Below are positions 39,306 to 50,018 of a stretch of 64,000 nucleotides of DNA, in pieces (position 1 is the first letter of the stretch; each line of letters begins with the position of its first letter). Under the pieces are notes generated by a model. The model did not search any database. It was not told the origin of the DNA and was given only the letters and a program-made list of their open reading frames with translations. Both the position numbers and the translations under genes were made by a program. The DNA comes from Actinomycetes bacterium (GTDB taxonomy: Bacteria > Actinomycetota > Actinomycetes > S36-B12), in the NCBI GenBank assembly GCA_037130755.1, contig JBAXSI010000002.1, forward strand, positions 47,621 to 111,620, read 5' to 3'.

Positions 39306-40576
39306 TCCCAGCAGCCGGTGATCGTGGCCGTCAGCCCGTCGAGCACCTGACGCGTCGACAGGGCCGAGTACTTCGCCGGCCGGTGATTGACCAGGATCGA
39401 GAACACCCGTTCGCCGCCCGAGACCGTGTCGGCAATGCCCGAGAGCGCAGTGGTGTCGAACAGCGATCCGGTCTTCGCATGGACGTCGCCTCGCGCGCAC
39501 TTCGACTGGTTGGTGGTGAACCTGCCGAACCGCGAGGACAGCGTGCCGCTCTTCCCGGACACGGGAAGGGCATCCGCCGCGAACATGGGGGCGAACGTGT
39601 CGGCCTTGGTGATGCGGGCAAGGCGGAGCACGTCGGACAGGAAGCGCGGCGACACTCGGTCCTTGCGCGACAGCCCGCTGCCGTCGAGCAGCTGCATCGA
39701 ACCGTCGTCGATCCCGAGCTTCGTCAAAGTCTCGTGGGCTGCCGCGTGGGCGCCCTGCCACGTGGCCGGGTGCCCGGTGGCCAGGGCCACCTGCCGGTAG
39801 AGGATCTCCGCGACGTTGTTCTCTGACTCCCGGAGCATGAGTGCGACCGCATCGGCAACCGTGTGCGGGCTCGCATCCGCGATGACCCCCGCATCGTCGG
39901 CCGCGTCGGCCCCGTCTCCGAGTCGGGCGTGCACTCCGTTGTCGCGGAGTGCGCTCACGAACACCTTCGCGGCGTTGCCCGCGGGGTCCGGGGAGTATTC
40001 GCCAAGACGCGCGAGCGGCACCACGGGCGCGGCGACGTAGGGCAGGTACTGAGTGGTCCAGCCAGGCCCGCGTCGCGAAGCGGGGAACAGGTTCGTGTCG
40101 ACGTGAACGGTGACCTTCGCATCGTGCGGCAGCGACTCGGCGGCGGTGGCGGCCAATTGCCGCAGATCGCTCGACGAGAGCAGCGGGTCGCCTCCGCCCT
40201 GGAGGATCACGTCGTTCGACGTGGCACCCGTTCTTACGAAGGTGTGGAACTTGGCGTCGGCGCCCATCGTCTCGAGCGCATCGACGGCCGTGACGATCTT
40301 CATGTTCGAGGCGGGCAGCATCAGTCGGTCGGCGTTGTGCGACGAGACGAGCGTGCCGGTGCCTGCATCGATGACGACCAGTCCGATGTCACTGCCCACG
40401 TGGGGGTTGGCCAGGCGCCTCTGCAGCAGTGCATCGACGCCGGGGTCGCTCGTGCCGCCGTCGGTCGCCGCTGCCCACTGCGGTGTGGCAATGCTCACAC
40501 CCAGCAGGAGAGCCCCCACGGCGAGGGAGGCGGCACGGGGAATCGCCCCTATGCGCCCTCGTGGCGCGGTCGTCAT
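39302..40576 (-). CDS. dacB: D-alanyl-D-alanine carboxypeptidase/endopeptidase (PBP4, peptidase S13)
   Basis: SxxK motif PASNMKIVT, signal peptide, and a KTG-type motif (HAKTGSL). Start choice ATG 40576 is uncertain. Confidence 0.85.
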   Translation of the reverse strand: MTTAPRGRIGAIPRAASLAVGALLLGVSIATPQWAAATDGGTSDPGVDALLQRRLANPHVGSDIGLVVIDAGTGTLVSSHNADRLMLPASNMKIVTAVDALETMGADAKFHTFVRTGATSNDVILQGGGDPLLSSSDLRQLAATAAESLPHDAKVTVHVDTNLFPASRRGPGWTTQYLPYVAAPVVPLARLGEYSPDPAGNAAKVFVSALRDNGVHARLGDGADAADDAGVIADASPHTVADAVALMLRESENNVAEILYRQVALATGHPATWQGAHAAAHETLTKLGIDDGSMQLLDGSGLSRKDRVSPRFLSDVLRLARITKADTFAPMFAADALPVSGKSGTLSSRFGRFTTNQSKCARGDVHAKTGSLFDTTALSGIADTVSGGERVFSILVNHRPAKYSALSTRQVLDGLTATITGCWD

Positions 40577-40675
40577 GGTGACCATGGTGCGACAGGCCGC
40601 ATCCGTGCCGGTGCCCGGGGTCGTGCAGCGAGTAACGCACAATGGCAGGACTGTCCCCGCCCGAAGAGGTCTGCT

Positions 40676-42487
40676 GTGCGCCGTGCCGTGATCGCCCTGC
40701 TGTCCATGCTGATGGCGGCTGCGCTGGTCGGAGTGCCGACGGCAGCCAACGCCGACGCACCGCCGCCCAAGAAGGTGGCCAGCGGGTGGATGCCGTACTG
40801 GATGACGTCACCTGCTCATCCCCAGGGCGTCAACTCCGCCGTGCAGAACGCCGGGATCTTCACCGACGTATCGCCGTTCTGGTACTCAGCCACCGGGAAG
40901 CCGGGCGGCGGCGTTCAGGTGGGACTCAACCCCAACTTCACGAACGGCAAGGCCAACGCTGCGTGGGCCATGGGCCAGCTCAAGGGCGCCGGACTGGTGG
41001 TTCTCCCGTCGATCGCCGACGGATCCGGCAGGGGCCGCATGGCCGCGACTCTCGCCGATCCGGCGCTGCGGGCGGCCCACATCGGCGACATCGTCAACAC
41101 CGTCATGAGCAACGGCTACGACGGTATCGACCTCGACTACGAGACGTTCGCCTTCACCGACGGTCGGGGGTCGTGGGCGGCTACTCAGCCGAACTGGACC
41201 GCCTTCATCAACGAGCTCGCTGCGGCGTTGCACGCGCAGGGCAAGCAACTGTCCGTGACGATCCCGCCTCCGTGCACCTCGAGCGGCGTCTGCGGTCCGA
41301 CAGCGGGCTACTCGGTCTACAACATCGCAGGCATCGCACCGGCCGCTGACCGGATCCGGATCATGGCGTACGACTACCACGTCGGCGCCGCTGGTCCGAT
41401 CGCGCCGATGCCGTGGGTGCGCGCCATCGTGTCGTACTCCGTGTCGGTGATGGATGCGGCGAAGCTGCAGATCGGTGTGCCGACGTACGGTCGTGCGTGG
41501 GGTGTCAAGAAGGCTTCCGGTGGCTACCAGACGTCGGGAACCTGTCCGTCGACCAGCTCGGCCGCCTACAAGTCGCTGGTCTCGTCGCAGTCGGTCAACG
41601 ATGCCGACGTCCCGGCACTTCTCGCGTCCGTCGGCAAGACCGATGCCGACGTCCAGTGGGCGCCGACGGAACAGGAGAACGTCCTCTACTACGACAAGAC
41701 ACTGCAGTGGACGGACTCATCCGGTGCCGCCCAGACCTGCAAGGCCAGTCGAGTCCTGTGGTTCGTGGGGCCGCAGGCCGTGCTGGCCCGCACGCAACTG
41801 GTCGGCGAGTTCGGGATCAACGCCGCCGCCTACTGGACCGTGGGCGGGGAGAACCCGGCACAGTGGGCGCTGCTGGGCAGCTACGGCCAGTCCTTGGCTC
41901 CGGCGAGCACGGACATCTCCATTTCGGGCACGCCGGCCGTCGTCTACGGGTCGCCCATGACGGTGACGGCCGTGGTGTCGTCTCGTGGCGTACCGGTGGT
42001 GGGTGCGGCTGCGACGGTGCAGTTCCTCCCGACCGGCAGTAAGAAGTGGACGGACGTGCAGGCGGCCACGACCGCTCCCGACGGGACCGTGTCGTTCCAG
42101 GTGCAGCCGCAGTCGACTGGTGACTGGCAGGTCTTCGTTCCTGGCGCGCCTGGTCGCGTCGACGGGACCAGCACTCCGTTCACCACTCAGGTCATCGCGT
42201 TGGTGTCGGCCACGCCCGTGGCCACCAAGGTGAAGGCGAAGTCGACGATCATCGTGAAGGTGCTCGTGCAGCCAGCCATGCGTGGCCAGAAGGTCGCGCT
42301 GCAGATCAAGCGTGGCGACGGCTGGCGCAACGTCGCGCGCGGCACCACCAACGCCCGCGGTCGGGACAAGCTGCGCGCCGAGGCGCCGAAGGTGAAGGGC
42401 CTGTACGTCTACCGGGTGGTGGCCGTGGGCCAGCAGTCCATCCTGTCGGGGGCCTCGAACGAGTTCCCGATCCGCGTCACGAAGTAG
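40676..42487 (+). CDS. secreted glycoside hydrolase family 18 protein with two C-terminal Ig-like domains
   Basis: Signal peptide. GH18 catalytic motif YDGIDLDYE. The C-terminal ~200 aa are beta-rich repeats. GTG 40676; ORF-track start 39863 rejected (antisense to dacB). Confidence 0.8.
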   Translation: MRRAVIALLSMLMAAALVGVPTAANADAPPPKKVASGWMPYWMTSPAHPQGVNSAVQNAGIFTDVSPFWYSATGKPGGGVQVGLNPNFTNGKANAAWAMGQLKGAGLVVLPSIADGSGRGRMAATLADPALRAAHIGDIVNTVMSNGYDGIDLDYETFAFTDGRGSWAATQPNWTAFINELAAALHAQGKQLSVTIPPPCTSSGVCGPTAGYSVYNIAGIAPAADRIRIMAYDYHVGAAGPIAPMPWVRAIVSYSVSVMDAAKLQIGVPTYGRAWGVKKASGGYQTSGTCPSTSSAAYKSLVSSQSVNDADVPALLASVGKTDADVQWAPTEQENVLYYDKTLQWTDSSGAAQTCKASRVLWFVGPQAVLARTQLVGEFGINAAAYWTVGGENPAQWALLGSYGQSLAPASTDISISGTPAVVYGSPMTVTAVVSSRGVPVVGAAATVQFLPTGSKKWTDVQAATTAPDGTVSFQVQPQSTGDWQVFVPGAPGRVDGTSTPFTTQVIALVSATPVATKVKAKSTIIVKVLVQPAMRGQKVALQIKRGDGWRNVARGTTNARGRDKLRAEAPKVKGLYVYRVVAVGQQSILSGASNEFPIRVTK

Positions 42488-44216
42488 GCGGGGCCAGCAG
42501 GCTGACGGCAGGCAGTTCGAACCACTGCAGCGATCGGAAGTCCTCGGACAGTCCCGTCGTGGCGGAGTCGCCGATCTCGTCAGTCAGGGCGTCGAGCAGG
42601 TCGCGCGCCTGCACTAGGTAGTCGGCCAGCGCGGACTCCGGTGCCCTGTCGTTCTGCTCGGGGTAGCGGAGCACGCCGGCCGGGTCGTAAGTGAGGTCGG
42701 TCAGGCGAAGTGGCGGCTCGACGGCGCCGTCGCGGTGGTGCCACCGCCCGGAAGTCGCATCGAACCGGTACTGCGGGGTGAGCTTCCAGCCCTGCTCGGC
42801 GACGAGGTCGACGGCCGACACGATGTACTCGAAGACCGCGTCCGAGATGAAGTAGTTGAAGTTCACGCGGACCCATCCGGGCTTGATGCCCTCGCAGCCA
42901 TGCGTGATCTCGCGCTCGAACTCGTGGCTTCGGGCGATGTCGATGCCGAGGAGTCGGTGGCCGTAGGGGCCGGCGCAACTGCACCCGCCGCGGGCCTGAA
43001 TCCCGAACAGGTCGTTGAGAATCGCCACGACGAGGTTGTGGTGCATGAAACGGCCGCCGGGCCGTCGGATCACGAACGAGACGATCGACAGCCGCTCGGC
43101 GTTGCGATTGCCGAGGATGTCGATGGCGGAGTTTGCCGACCACGCCGCGATAGCGCGATGAACGAAGTCCTCCTCGTGCGCTCGGATCACGTCGACGCCC
43201 ACGGCATCCTTGAGCTGGAAGACCAGTCCCGCTCGGATCGACTCGACGATGGCGGGAGTGCCGCCCTCCTCGCGATGCTCGGCGTCCGTGAGGTACTGGT
43301 GATCCTCAGGGTTGACGTAGGCGACGGTGCCGCCACCAACGACGTCGGGCACCGAGTTCGACAGCAGCTCGCGCCGAACGATGAGGACGCCAGGGGTTCC
43401 GGGTCCGCCGATGAACTTGTGCGGGGACAGGAAGATCGCATCCTTGTAGGCGAGCGGGTGCTCGTCGCACCGCGGCATCATGTCGATGTCGACGTACGGT
43501 GCGGCCGCGGCGTAGTCCCAGAACGCCAGCGCGCCGTGCTCGTGCAGCAGCTGGCTCACGGCGTGGGTGTCCGTGACGATGCCGGTGACGTTGCTGGCGG
43601 CGCTGAACGAGGCGATACGGAGCGGGCGATCGGCGTACGCGTGCAGTTGCCGTTCGAGCTCGGCGAGATCGATGTGACCGTCGGAGTCCTCGCGGATGGT
43701 GACGACGTCGGCGATCGTCTCGCGCCACGGAAGTTCGTTGCTGTGATGCTCGAACGGCCCGATGAAGATGACGGGTCGCTCGTCGGCGGGGATGTGAGCC
43801 GACAGGCCGTAGGCGCTGTCCAGGTCGGCGGGCAGGCGCAGGTTGAGGATCCCGACGAGGCGGTTGATGGCGGCGGTCGATCCGGATCCGCAGAAGATGA
43901 CGCAGGTGTCTGCGTCGCCGTTGACTGCCTCTCGGATGATGCGTCGGGCATCCTCGCGAAGCCGCGTGGTCTGAAGGCCGGTGCCGCTCGACTCCGTGTG
44001 CGTGTTGGCGTAGCGGGGAAGTACCTCGGCTCGGATGAAGTCCTCGATGAAGGACAGGGCGCGCCCGCTGGCGGTGTAGTCGGCGTACGTGACGCGTCGG
44101 GCACCGAACGGGCTGGTCATGACCTGGTCGTCGCCGATGACGCTGGCCCGGATCCGCTCGAGCAGGGCGGGCTCCGGCAGGCTAGGAGCACGCCCGGGGA
44201 TGTTGACTGCTGGCAC
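42477..44216 (-). CDS. class V aminotransferase-fold PLP enzyme, cysteine-desulfurase-like, with a C-terminal extension
   Basis: PLP-lysine context FLSPHKFIGGPG and a SufS-like Cys loop ARGGCSCAGPY. 579 aa. Confidence 0.75.
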   Translation of the reverse strand: MPAVNIPGRAPSLPEPALLERIRASVIGDDQVMTSPFGARRVTYADYTASGRALSFIEDFIRAEVLPRYANTHTESSGTGLQTTRLREDARRIIREAVNGDADTCVIFCGSGSTAAINRLVGILNLRLPADLDSAYGLSAHIPADERPVIFIGPFEHHSNELPWRETIADVVTIREDSDGHIDLAELERQLHAYADRPLRIASFSAASNVTGIVTDTHAVSQLLHEHGALAFWDYAAAAPYVDIDMMPRCDEHPLAYKDAIFLSPHKFIGGPGTPGVLIVRRELLSNSVPDVVGGGTVAYVNPEDHQYLTDAEHREEGGTPAIVESIRAGLVFQLKDAVGVDVIRAHEEDFVHRAIAAWSANSAIDILGNRNAERLSIVSFVIRRPGGRFMHHNLVVAILNDLFGIQARGGCSCAGPYGHRLLGIDIARSHEFEREITHGCEGIKPGWVRVNFNYFISDAVFEYIVSAVDLVAEQGWKLTPQYRFDATSGRWHHRDGAVEPPLRLTDLTYDPAGVLRYPEQNDRAPESALADYLVQARDLLDALTDEIGDSATTGLSEDFRSLQWFELPAVSLLAPPTS

Positions 44217-44280
44217 CTGCTCACCCTAGGCGCTTCGGGTTGAGGGCGTCAGGCAGCGAGCCCGGTGGGAGGATGGCTCT

Positions 44281-44565
44281 GTGTCTGTTGCCCCCGCCGA
44301 AGTGGAGCGGCCTGAGGTCGACGAGGCGACGGACCGGCCGTGGATCACGATCGTGTGGAACGACCCGGTGAACCTCATGTCCTACGTGACCTACGTGTTC
44401 ATGACCTACTTCCACTACGACCGCGCCAAGGCCGAGTCGCTGATGCTCGACGTCCACGAGAAGGGCAGGGCGGTCGTGTCCAACGGCAGTCGCGAGGAGA
44501 TGGAGCGCGACGTCACCGCGATGCACGGCTTCGGGCTGTGGGCGACCATGCAGAAGGACGACTGA
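44281..44565 (+). CDS. clpS: ATP-dependent Clp protease adaptor ClpS
   Basis: [41 protein letters not shown]. Confidence 0.9.
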   Translation: MSVAPAEVERPEVDEATDRPWITIVWNDPVNLMSYVTYVFMTYFHYDRAKAESLMLDVHEKGRAVVSNGSREEMERDVTAMHGFGLWATMQKDD

Positions 44566-45110
44566 TGGGGCGGCCGTACGGCTTCTCCCGAGGCCGCCGC
44601 CGTGAGCTGCGGATCAACCTCGAGCAGGTCGAACGCGAGCTGCTGCTCTCGCTCGCCAAGCAGCTGATCGCCTTCGTCGAGCCGGACCCCGTGTCCGCGG
44701 ATGCCGATCCGCTGGCGACCATGGTCGGCATCGACCTGTCCGCGGAGACACCGGACGATCCGGCCTTGGCCCGACTGCTGCCGGACGCCTTCATCGACGA
44801 CCCTGATGCGGCGGTGGAGTTCCGTCGTTTCACCGAGCGGGACCTGCGCGCAGGGAAGGTCGCCAATGCGACCACCGTCGCGACCGACATCGAGGCCGGC
44901 CTCGACGTGCTGCCGGACGATCACGTCGCTGCCTGGCTCGGCTTCCTCAACGACACGCGACTGGCGCTGGGCACGCGAATCGAGATCACCGAGGACAACC
45001 ACGACGAACTCGACGCACTCCCGGACGAGGATCCGCGCGCCGGGATGTTCCACGTGTATGACTGGCTGACCTACCTGCAGGACTCGTTGGTGCAACTGCT
45101 GCTGCCCTAG
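44565..45110 (+). CDS. DUF2017-like protein (conserved ClpS neighbour)
   Basis: ATGA-type overlap with clpS. Acidic 181-aa protein in the same position as the mycobacterial Rv1332-like gene. Confidence 0.7.
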   Translation: MGRPYGFSRGRRRELRINLEQVERELLLSLAKQLIAFVEPDPVSADADPLATMVGIDLSAETPDDPALARLLPDAFIDDPDAAVEFRRFTERDLRAGKVANATTVATDIEAGLDVLPDDHVAAWLGFLNDTRLALGTRIEITEDNHDELDALPDEDPRAGMFHVYDWLTYLQDSLVQLLLP

Positions 45111-45113
45111 GGT

Positions 45114-45536
45114 GTGCCGGTGCTCGTCATCCGCCAGGACCTCGTTGACGCCATCGTCGCCCATGCGCGCGCCGATCACCCCGACGAGGCGTGCGGGGTC
45201 GTGGCCGGTCCGTCTCCGGATCAGCCGGAGCGCTTCATCCCGATGGTCAATGCCGCTCGGTCCCCGACCTTCTACGAGTTCGACTCCACGGACCTGCTGC
45301 GCCTCTACCGCGACATGGACGACCGTGACGAGGTGCCGTCCGTGATCTACCACTCCCACACCGCCACCGAGGCGTATCCATCGCGCACTGATGTCTCGTA
45401 CGCGTCCGAGCCCGACGCCCACTACGTGCTCGTCTCGACCCGGGAGACCGGTAACGCTGCTGGACCGGCCGAGTTCCGGTCCTTCCGCATCGTCGACGGA
45501 GAGATCACCGAGGAACCGGTCGAGATCGTGGACTAG
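45114..45536 (+). CDS. mec: JAMM/MPN+ metalloprotease (Mec-type, CysO C-terminal processing)
   Basis: EACG plus the HSHTATEAYPSRTD (HxHx7Sx2D) JAMM motif. Confidence 0.85.
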   Translation: MPVLVIRQDLVDAIVAHARADHPDEACGVVAGPSPDQPERFIPMVNAARSPTFYEFDSTDLLRLYRDMDDRDEVPSVIYHSHTATEAYPSRTDVSYASEPDAHYVLVSTRETGNAAGPAEFRSFRIVDGEITEEPVEIVD

Positions 45537-45563
45537 GGCCGCGCGCCTACCCGTTCTGCAAAG

Positions 45564-45593
45564 GGTTCGCATGTGCGAACCTGCTACAGCAGG
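45564..45593. promoter_or_regulatory. two abutting palindromes GGTTCGCA-TG-TGCGAACC and CCTGCT-AC-AGCAGG
   Basis: Perfect arms read directly, 28 nt after the mec stop and just upstream of the putative cysO promoter. Confidence 0.45.
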
Positions 45594-45596
45594 TCG

Positions 45597-45622
45597 GGAA
45601 TGCCAGTTCCTAATCTGGCGTT
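45597..45622 (+). promoter_or_regulatory. SigH/SigR-type promoter GGAAT-N18-GTT upstream of cysO-cysM
   Basis: GGAAT at 45597-45601, an 18-nt spacer, and GTT at 45620-45622, 44 nt before ATG 45666. Confidence 0.5.
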
Positions 45623-45665
45623 CCCTGTCCACAGTCCCGCACCACCCCCTGATCCTGGAGCAGCA

Positions 45666-46888
<1,223 letters not shown>

Positions 46889-46938
46889 GGCCCGGGGTCC
46901 CGCAGCCTGCTGGCCGTTCGCCCTAGGCTGGTAGGGCC

Positions 46939-47733
46939 ATGAATGACGCACCCATCGGGATCTTCGACTCCGGCGTCGGCGGGCTCACGGTGGCCCGCGC
47001 CGTCCTCGACCAGTTGCCCCATGAGCCGGTGCGCTACGTCGGCGACACCGCCCGAGGTCCCTACGGCCCTCGACCCTTGGCCGAAGTGAGGGCGTTCTCG
47101 CTCGAGATCATGGACCACCTCGTCGACAACGGCGTGAAGCTGCTCGTCATCGCCTGCAACTCGGCCTCGGCGGCAACGCTGCGTGATGCGCGCGAACGCT
47201 ACGACGTCCCCGTGATCGAGGTCGTGCACCCTGCAGTGCGCCGCGCCGTCGCTGCCACGCGTACCGGACACGTCGGTGTCATCGGCACGGCCGCGACGAT
47301 CACCTCGGGTGCCTACGAGGACGCCTTCGCGGCGGCGCCGCAGGTGAGCCTCACGACGATCGCGTGCCCCCGGTTCGTAGAGTTCGTGGAGGCTGGGATC
47401 ACCAGCGGTGACGAGCTCATCGAGGTGGCGCGCGAGTACCTCGACCCGATGCACGACGCCGGGGTCGACACCCTCGTCCTCGGCTGCACCCATTACCCCC
47501 TGCTGACGGGCGTGATCTCGTACGTGATGGGCGAGGGCGTCTCGCTGGTGTCCAGCGCCGAGGAGACGGCCAAGGACGTCTACGGAACGCTGGTCCGTCA
47601 CAAACTGCTCCGCGACCCGGCCCTGCCCGACCCGGTGCACCAGTTCATGGCGACAGGCGACCCGACGCAGTTCCAGCGCCTGGGCCGCCGCTTCCTCGGG
47701 CCGGAAGTCGGTCGAGTCGAGGTGATGCCGTGA
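46939..47733 (+). CDS. murI: glutamate racemase
   Basis: DSGVGGLTV, catalytic IACNSAS and GCTHYP. Confidence 0.95.
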   Translation: MNDAPIGIFDSGVGGLTVARAVLDQLPHEPVRYVGDTARGPYGPRPLAEVRAFSLEIMDHLVDNGVKLLVIACNSASAATLRDARERYDVPVIEVVHPAVRRAVAATRTGHVGVIGTAATITSGAYEDAFAAAPQVSLTTIACPRFVEFVEAGITSGDELIEVAREYLDPMHDAGVDTLVLGCTHYPLLTGVISYVMGEGVSLVSSAEETAKDVYGTLVRHKLLRDPALPDPVHQFMATGDPTQFQRLGRRFLGPEVGRVEVMP

Positions 47734-48482
47734 GGCTCACCGTCATCGGCTGTGCGGGGTCCTACCCGACACCGGACTCGCCCGCGTCCTGCTACCTCAT
47801 CGAGCACGACGGCCACCAGATCGTCCTCGACCTCGGCAACGGCGCGCTCGGGTCGCTGCAGCGTCATATGGACCCGGTTCTCGATCCGTCGTTCTGCGGG
47901 GTCGTCCTGAGTCACTGCCACATCGACCACTGCGCGGACGTCGGCTCCTTGTACGTCATGCGTCACTACGGGCCGACCCGACCACCGGCTCGGCTGGACC
48001 TCGTCGGGCCTATCGAGATGCGTGCTCGGCTTGCCGGCGTCTACGGGATGGCGGACGAGTCCGCGCTCGACGTCGAGTTCGCGATCGGATCCCTGACTGA
48101 CACACCGATGTCGTTGGGCCCGTTCGAGATATCGGCCGTGCCGGCCCGTCACCCGGTGGAGTCGTACTCCATCCGGGTCTCGGCAGGCGGGCGCTCGATC
48201 ACGTACTCCGGCGACACCGGGCCCAATCCCGCCCTTCCCGTGCTCGCCAAGGGCACCGACCTCGCCCTGTTCGAGGCGTCCTTCGTCGGCACGGACAACC
48301 CGACCGACCTTCACATGAGCGGCGCCGACGCGGCGCGGGCGGCCACGCAGGCGGGTGCGGGGCTGCTGGTCCTGACCCATCTGGTCACGTGGAACGACAA
48401 CGACGTCGTCATGCGCGAGGCGGTCGAGCACTTCACTGGGCCTATCGAACGGGCCGAGCCGGGGATGTCGATCGCGCTGTGA
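47730..48482 (+). CDS. MBL-fold metallo-hydrolase (Rv1339-like position)
   Basis: HCHIDH metal motif. GTGA overlap with murI. Confidence 0.8.
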   Translation: MRLTVIGCAGSYPTPDSPASCYLIEHDGHQIVLDLGNGALGSLQRHMDPVLDPSFCGVVLSHCHIDHCADVGSLYVMRHYGPTRPPARLDLVGPIEMRARLAGVYGMADESALDVEFAIGSLTDTPMSLGPFEISAVPARHPVESYSIRVSAGGRSITYSGDTGPNPALPVLAKGTDLALFEASFVGTDNPTDLHMSGADAARAATQAGAGLLVLTHLVTWNDNDVVMREAVEHFTGPIERAEPGMSIAL

Positions 48483-48491
48483 TGGCCTCGC

Positions 48492-48899
48492 TCATGCTCC
48501 CTTAACGGTCAGCCCAAGCTCGCGCGCCCCAGCGGCCTGCCGGCTATCGAAGGTGACGAAGTTCGCCGTGGTGCCGAGTGCCCGTTGAGCCGACGCCACG
48601 TGAATCGCGTCGAGTGATCGAAGCGCCGTGCGCTCGGCGAACTGCGCCGCGAGCTCGCATACCTGCGCGTCGGCCTCGATGACGAACATCAGCGACAGAT
48701 CCTGCATGAAGAGCGTCTTGGCCATGCCGCGCTCGACTGGATTCTCGATGCGCGAGATGCCTCTGCGCACTTCGACTACGGCGACCCGCGAGGTGAAGAT
48801 GCCGCCGGCGTCGTCGAGGAGTCCCTGGGCCGCATCCGAGTCCGGCTCATCCAGGTAGCGCTTGAGCAGGGCGCTGCTGTCGACATAGGCGGGCATCAC
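48492..48899 (-). CDS. vapC: PIN-domain toxin VapC
   Basis: N-terminal YVDSSALLKRYL with acidic D/E residues, plus DAIHVASA. 135 aa. Confidence 0.85.
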   Translation of the reverse strand: MMPAYVDSSALLKRYLDEPDSDAAQGLLDDAGGIFTSRVAVVEVRRGISRIENPVERGMAKTLFMQDLSLMFVIEADAQVCELAAQFAERTALRSLDAIHVASAQRALGTTANFVTFDSRQAAGARELGLTVKGA

Positions 48900-49156
48900 T
48901 CGGCCCGGTCATCGTCAAGCAGCGCAGCAACGGACGCGGAGGCCTGGTAGCGGGGCACCGTGGGAAGCGGTCCGCGCTTCTCGGGCGGAGTAATCCACCC
49001 CTCCGACAGGCCCAGGTCGACATTCGAGAGGTAGTTGGGCGGCACCAGGTGTGCGGTGACACGACCGCGATCTGTGATCGTGACTACTTCCCCTTGGCTC
49101 ACCCGTCGCAGACACTCAGAGAAATGTGCCCTGGCCTCGCGAATCCCGACGTTCAT
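48896..49156 (-). CDS. Phd/YefM-type antitoxin (VapB role)
   Basis: MNVGIREARAHFSECLRRVSQGEVVTITDRGRVTAHLVP. 4-nt overlap with vapC. Confidence 0.8.
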   Translation of the reverse strand: MNVGIREARAHFSECLRRVSQGEVVTITDRGRVTAHLVPPNYLSNVDLGLSEGWITPPEKRGPLPTVPRYQASASVAALLDDDRAE

Positions 49157-49187
49157 GTAGTCACTTTAACTCATGAATGTAGTCACT
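49154..49187 (-). promoter_or_regulatory. two 12-bp direct repeats ATGTAGTCACTT (plus-strand reading) 22 bp apart at the antitoxin start; candidate autoregulatory operator
   Basis: Copies at 49154-49165 (includes the antitoxin start codon) and 49176-49187. Low-GC tract. Confidence 0.45.
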
Positions 49188-49274
49188 TCAAGATTCCGTG
49201 TCCCCGTGGATCAAGCGCACCTCCAGCGTGCGACGGCCTGACGACCTCACGAACCCGCTGGATAGGGTCGCGCC

Positions 49275-50018
49275 ATGACACGATCCGATGGCCGGGCGGC
49301 CGATGAACTGCGTCCCATCACCTTCGAGCGGGGCTGGCTCGAGCAGGCCGAGGGGTCCACGCTCGTCTCCTTCGGCCGCACGCGCGTGCTGTGCACGGCC
49401 TCGTTCTCCAAGGGCGTCCCGCGCTGGCTCAAGGACTCCGGCACCGGCTGGGTCACCGCCGAGTACGCGATGCTGCCGCGCGCGACCAATACCCGCAACG
49501 ACCGCGAGTCGGTCAAGGGCAAGCTAGGCGGGCGCACGCAGGAGATCTCCCGGCTCATCGGTCGCAGCCTGCGGGCCGTCGTCGACATGAAGGCCCTGGG
49601 TGAGAACAGCATCCTCATCGACTGCGACGTCCTTCAGGCTGATGGTGGTACGCGCACCGCGGCGATCACCGGTGCGTACGTCGCACTGAGCGATGCCATG
49701 ACATGGGCGCGCGGTCAGGGCCTCATCAAGCCGGGCGTCGAGCCGCTGAAGTCGTCCGTCGCCGCCGTGAGCGTCGGCATCGTCGACGGTGAGCCTCGAC
49801 TCGACCTGCACTACGACGACGATGTGCGCGCCGACACCGACATGAACGTCGTGATGACGGGCGACGGCCGATTCGTGGAGGTGCAGGGAACGGCCGAGGG
49901 CGAGGCGTTCGACCGGGCGCTGTTGGACCAGTTGCTCGACCTCGCCGCCACGGGCTGCGGGCGGCTCGCCGAACTCCAGACCGCGGCGCTCGCCGCGACC
50001 CTCGCCCCGAGGGGGTGA
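49275..50018 (+). CDS. rph: ribonuclease PH
   Basis: [29 protein letters not shown] and [14 protein letters not shown]. Confidence 0.95.
   Translation: MTRSDGRAADELRPITFERGWLEQAEGSTLVSFGRTRVLCTASFSKGVPRWLKDSGTGWVTAEYAMLPRATNTRNDRESVKGKLGGRTQEISRLIGRSLRAVVDMKALGENSILIDCDVLQADGGTRTAAITGAYVALSDAMTWARGQGLIKPGVEPLKSSVAAVSVGIVDGEPRLDLHYDDDVRADTDMNVVMTGDGRFVEVQGTAEGEAFDRALLDQLLDLAATGCGRLAELQTAALAATLAPRG

Noticed and set aside
39863-40675. Upstream 271 codons of the 874-aa ORF containing the GH18 domain
   Set aside because: This part is antisense to dacB and low complexity. A signal peptide begins at GTG 40676, which is the sensible start.
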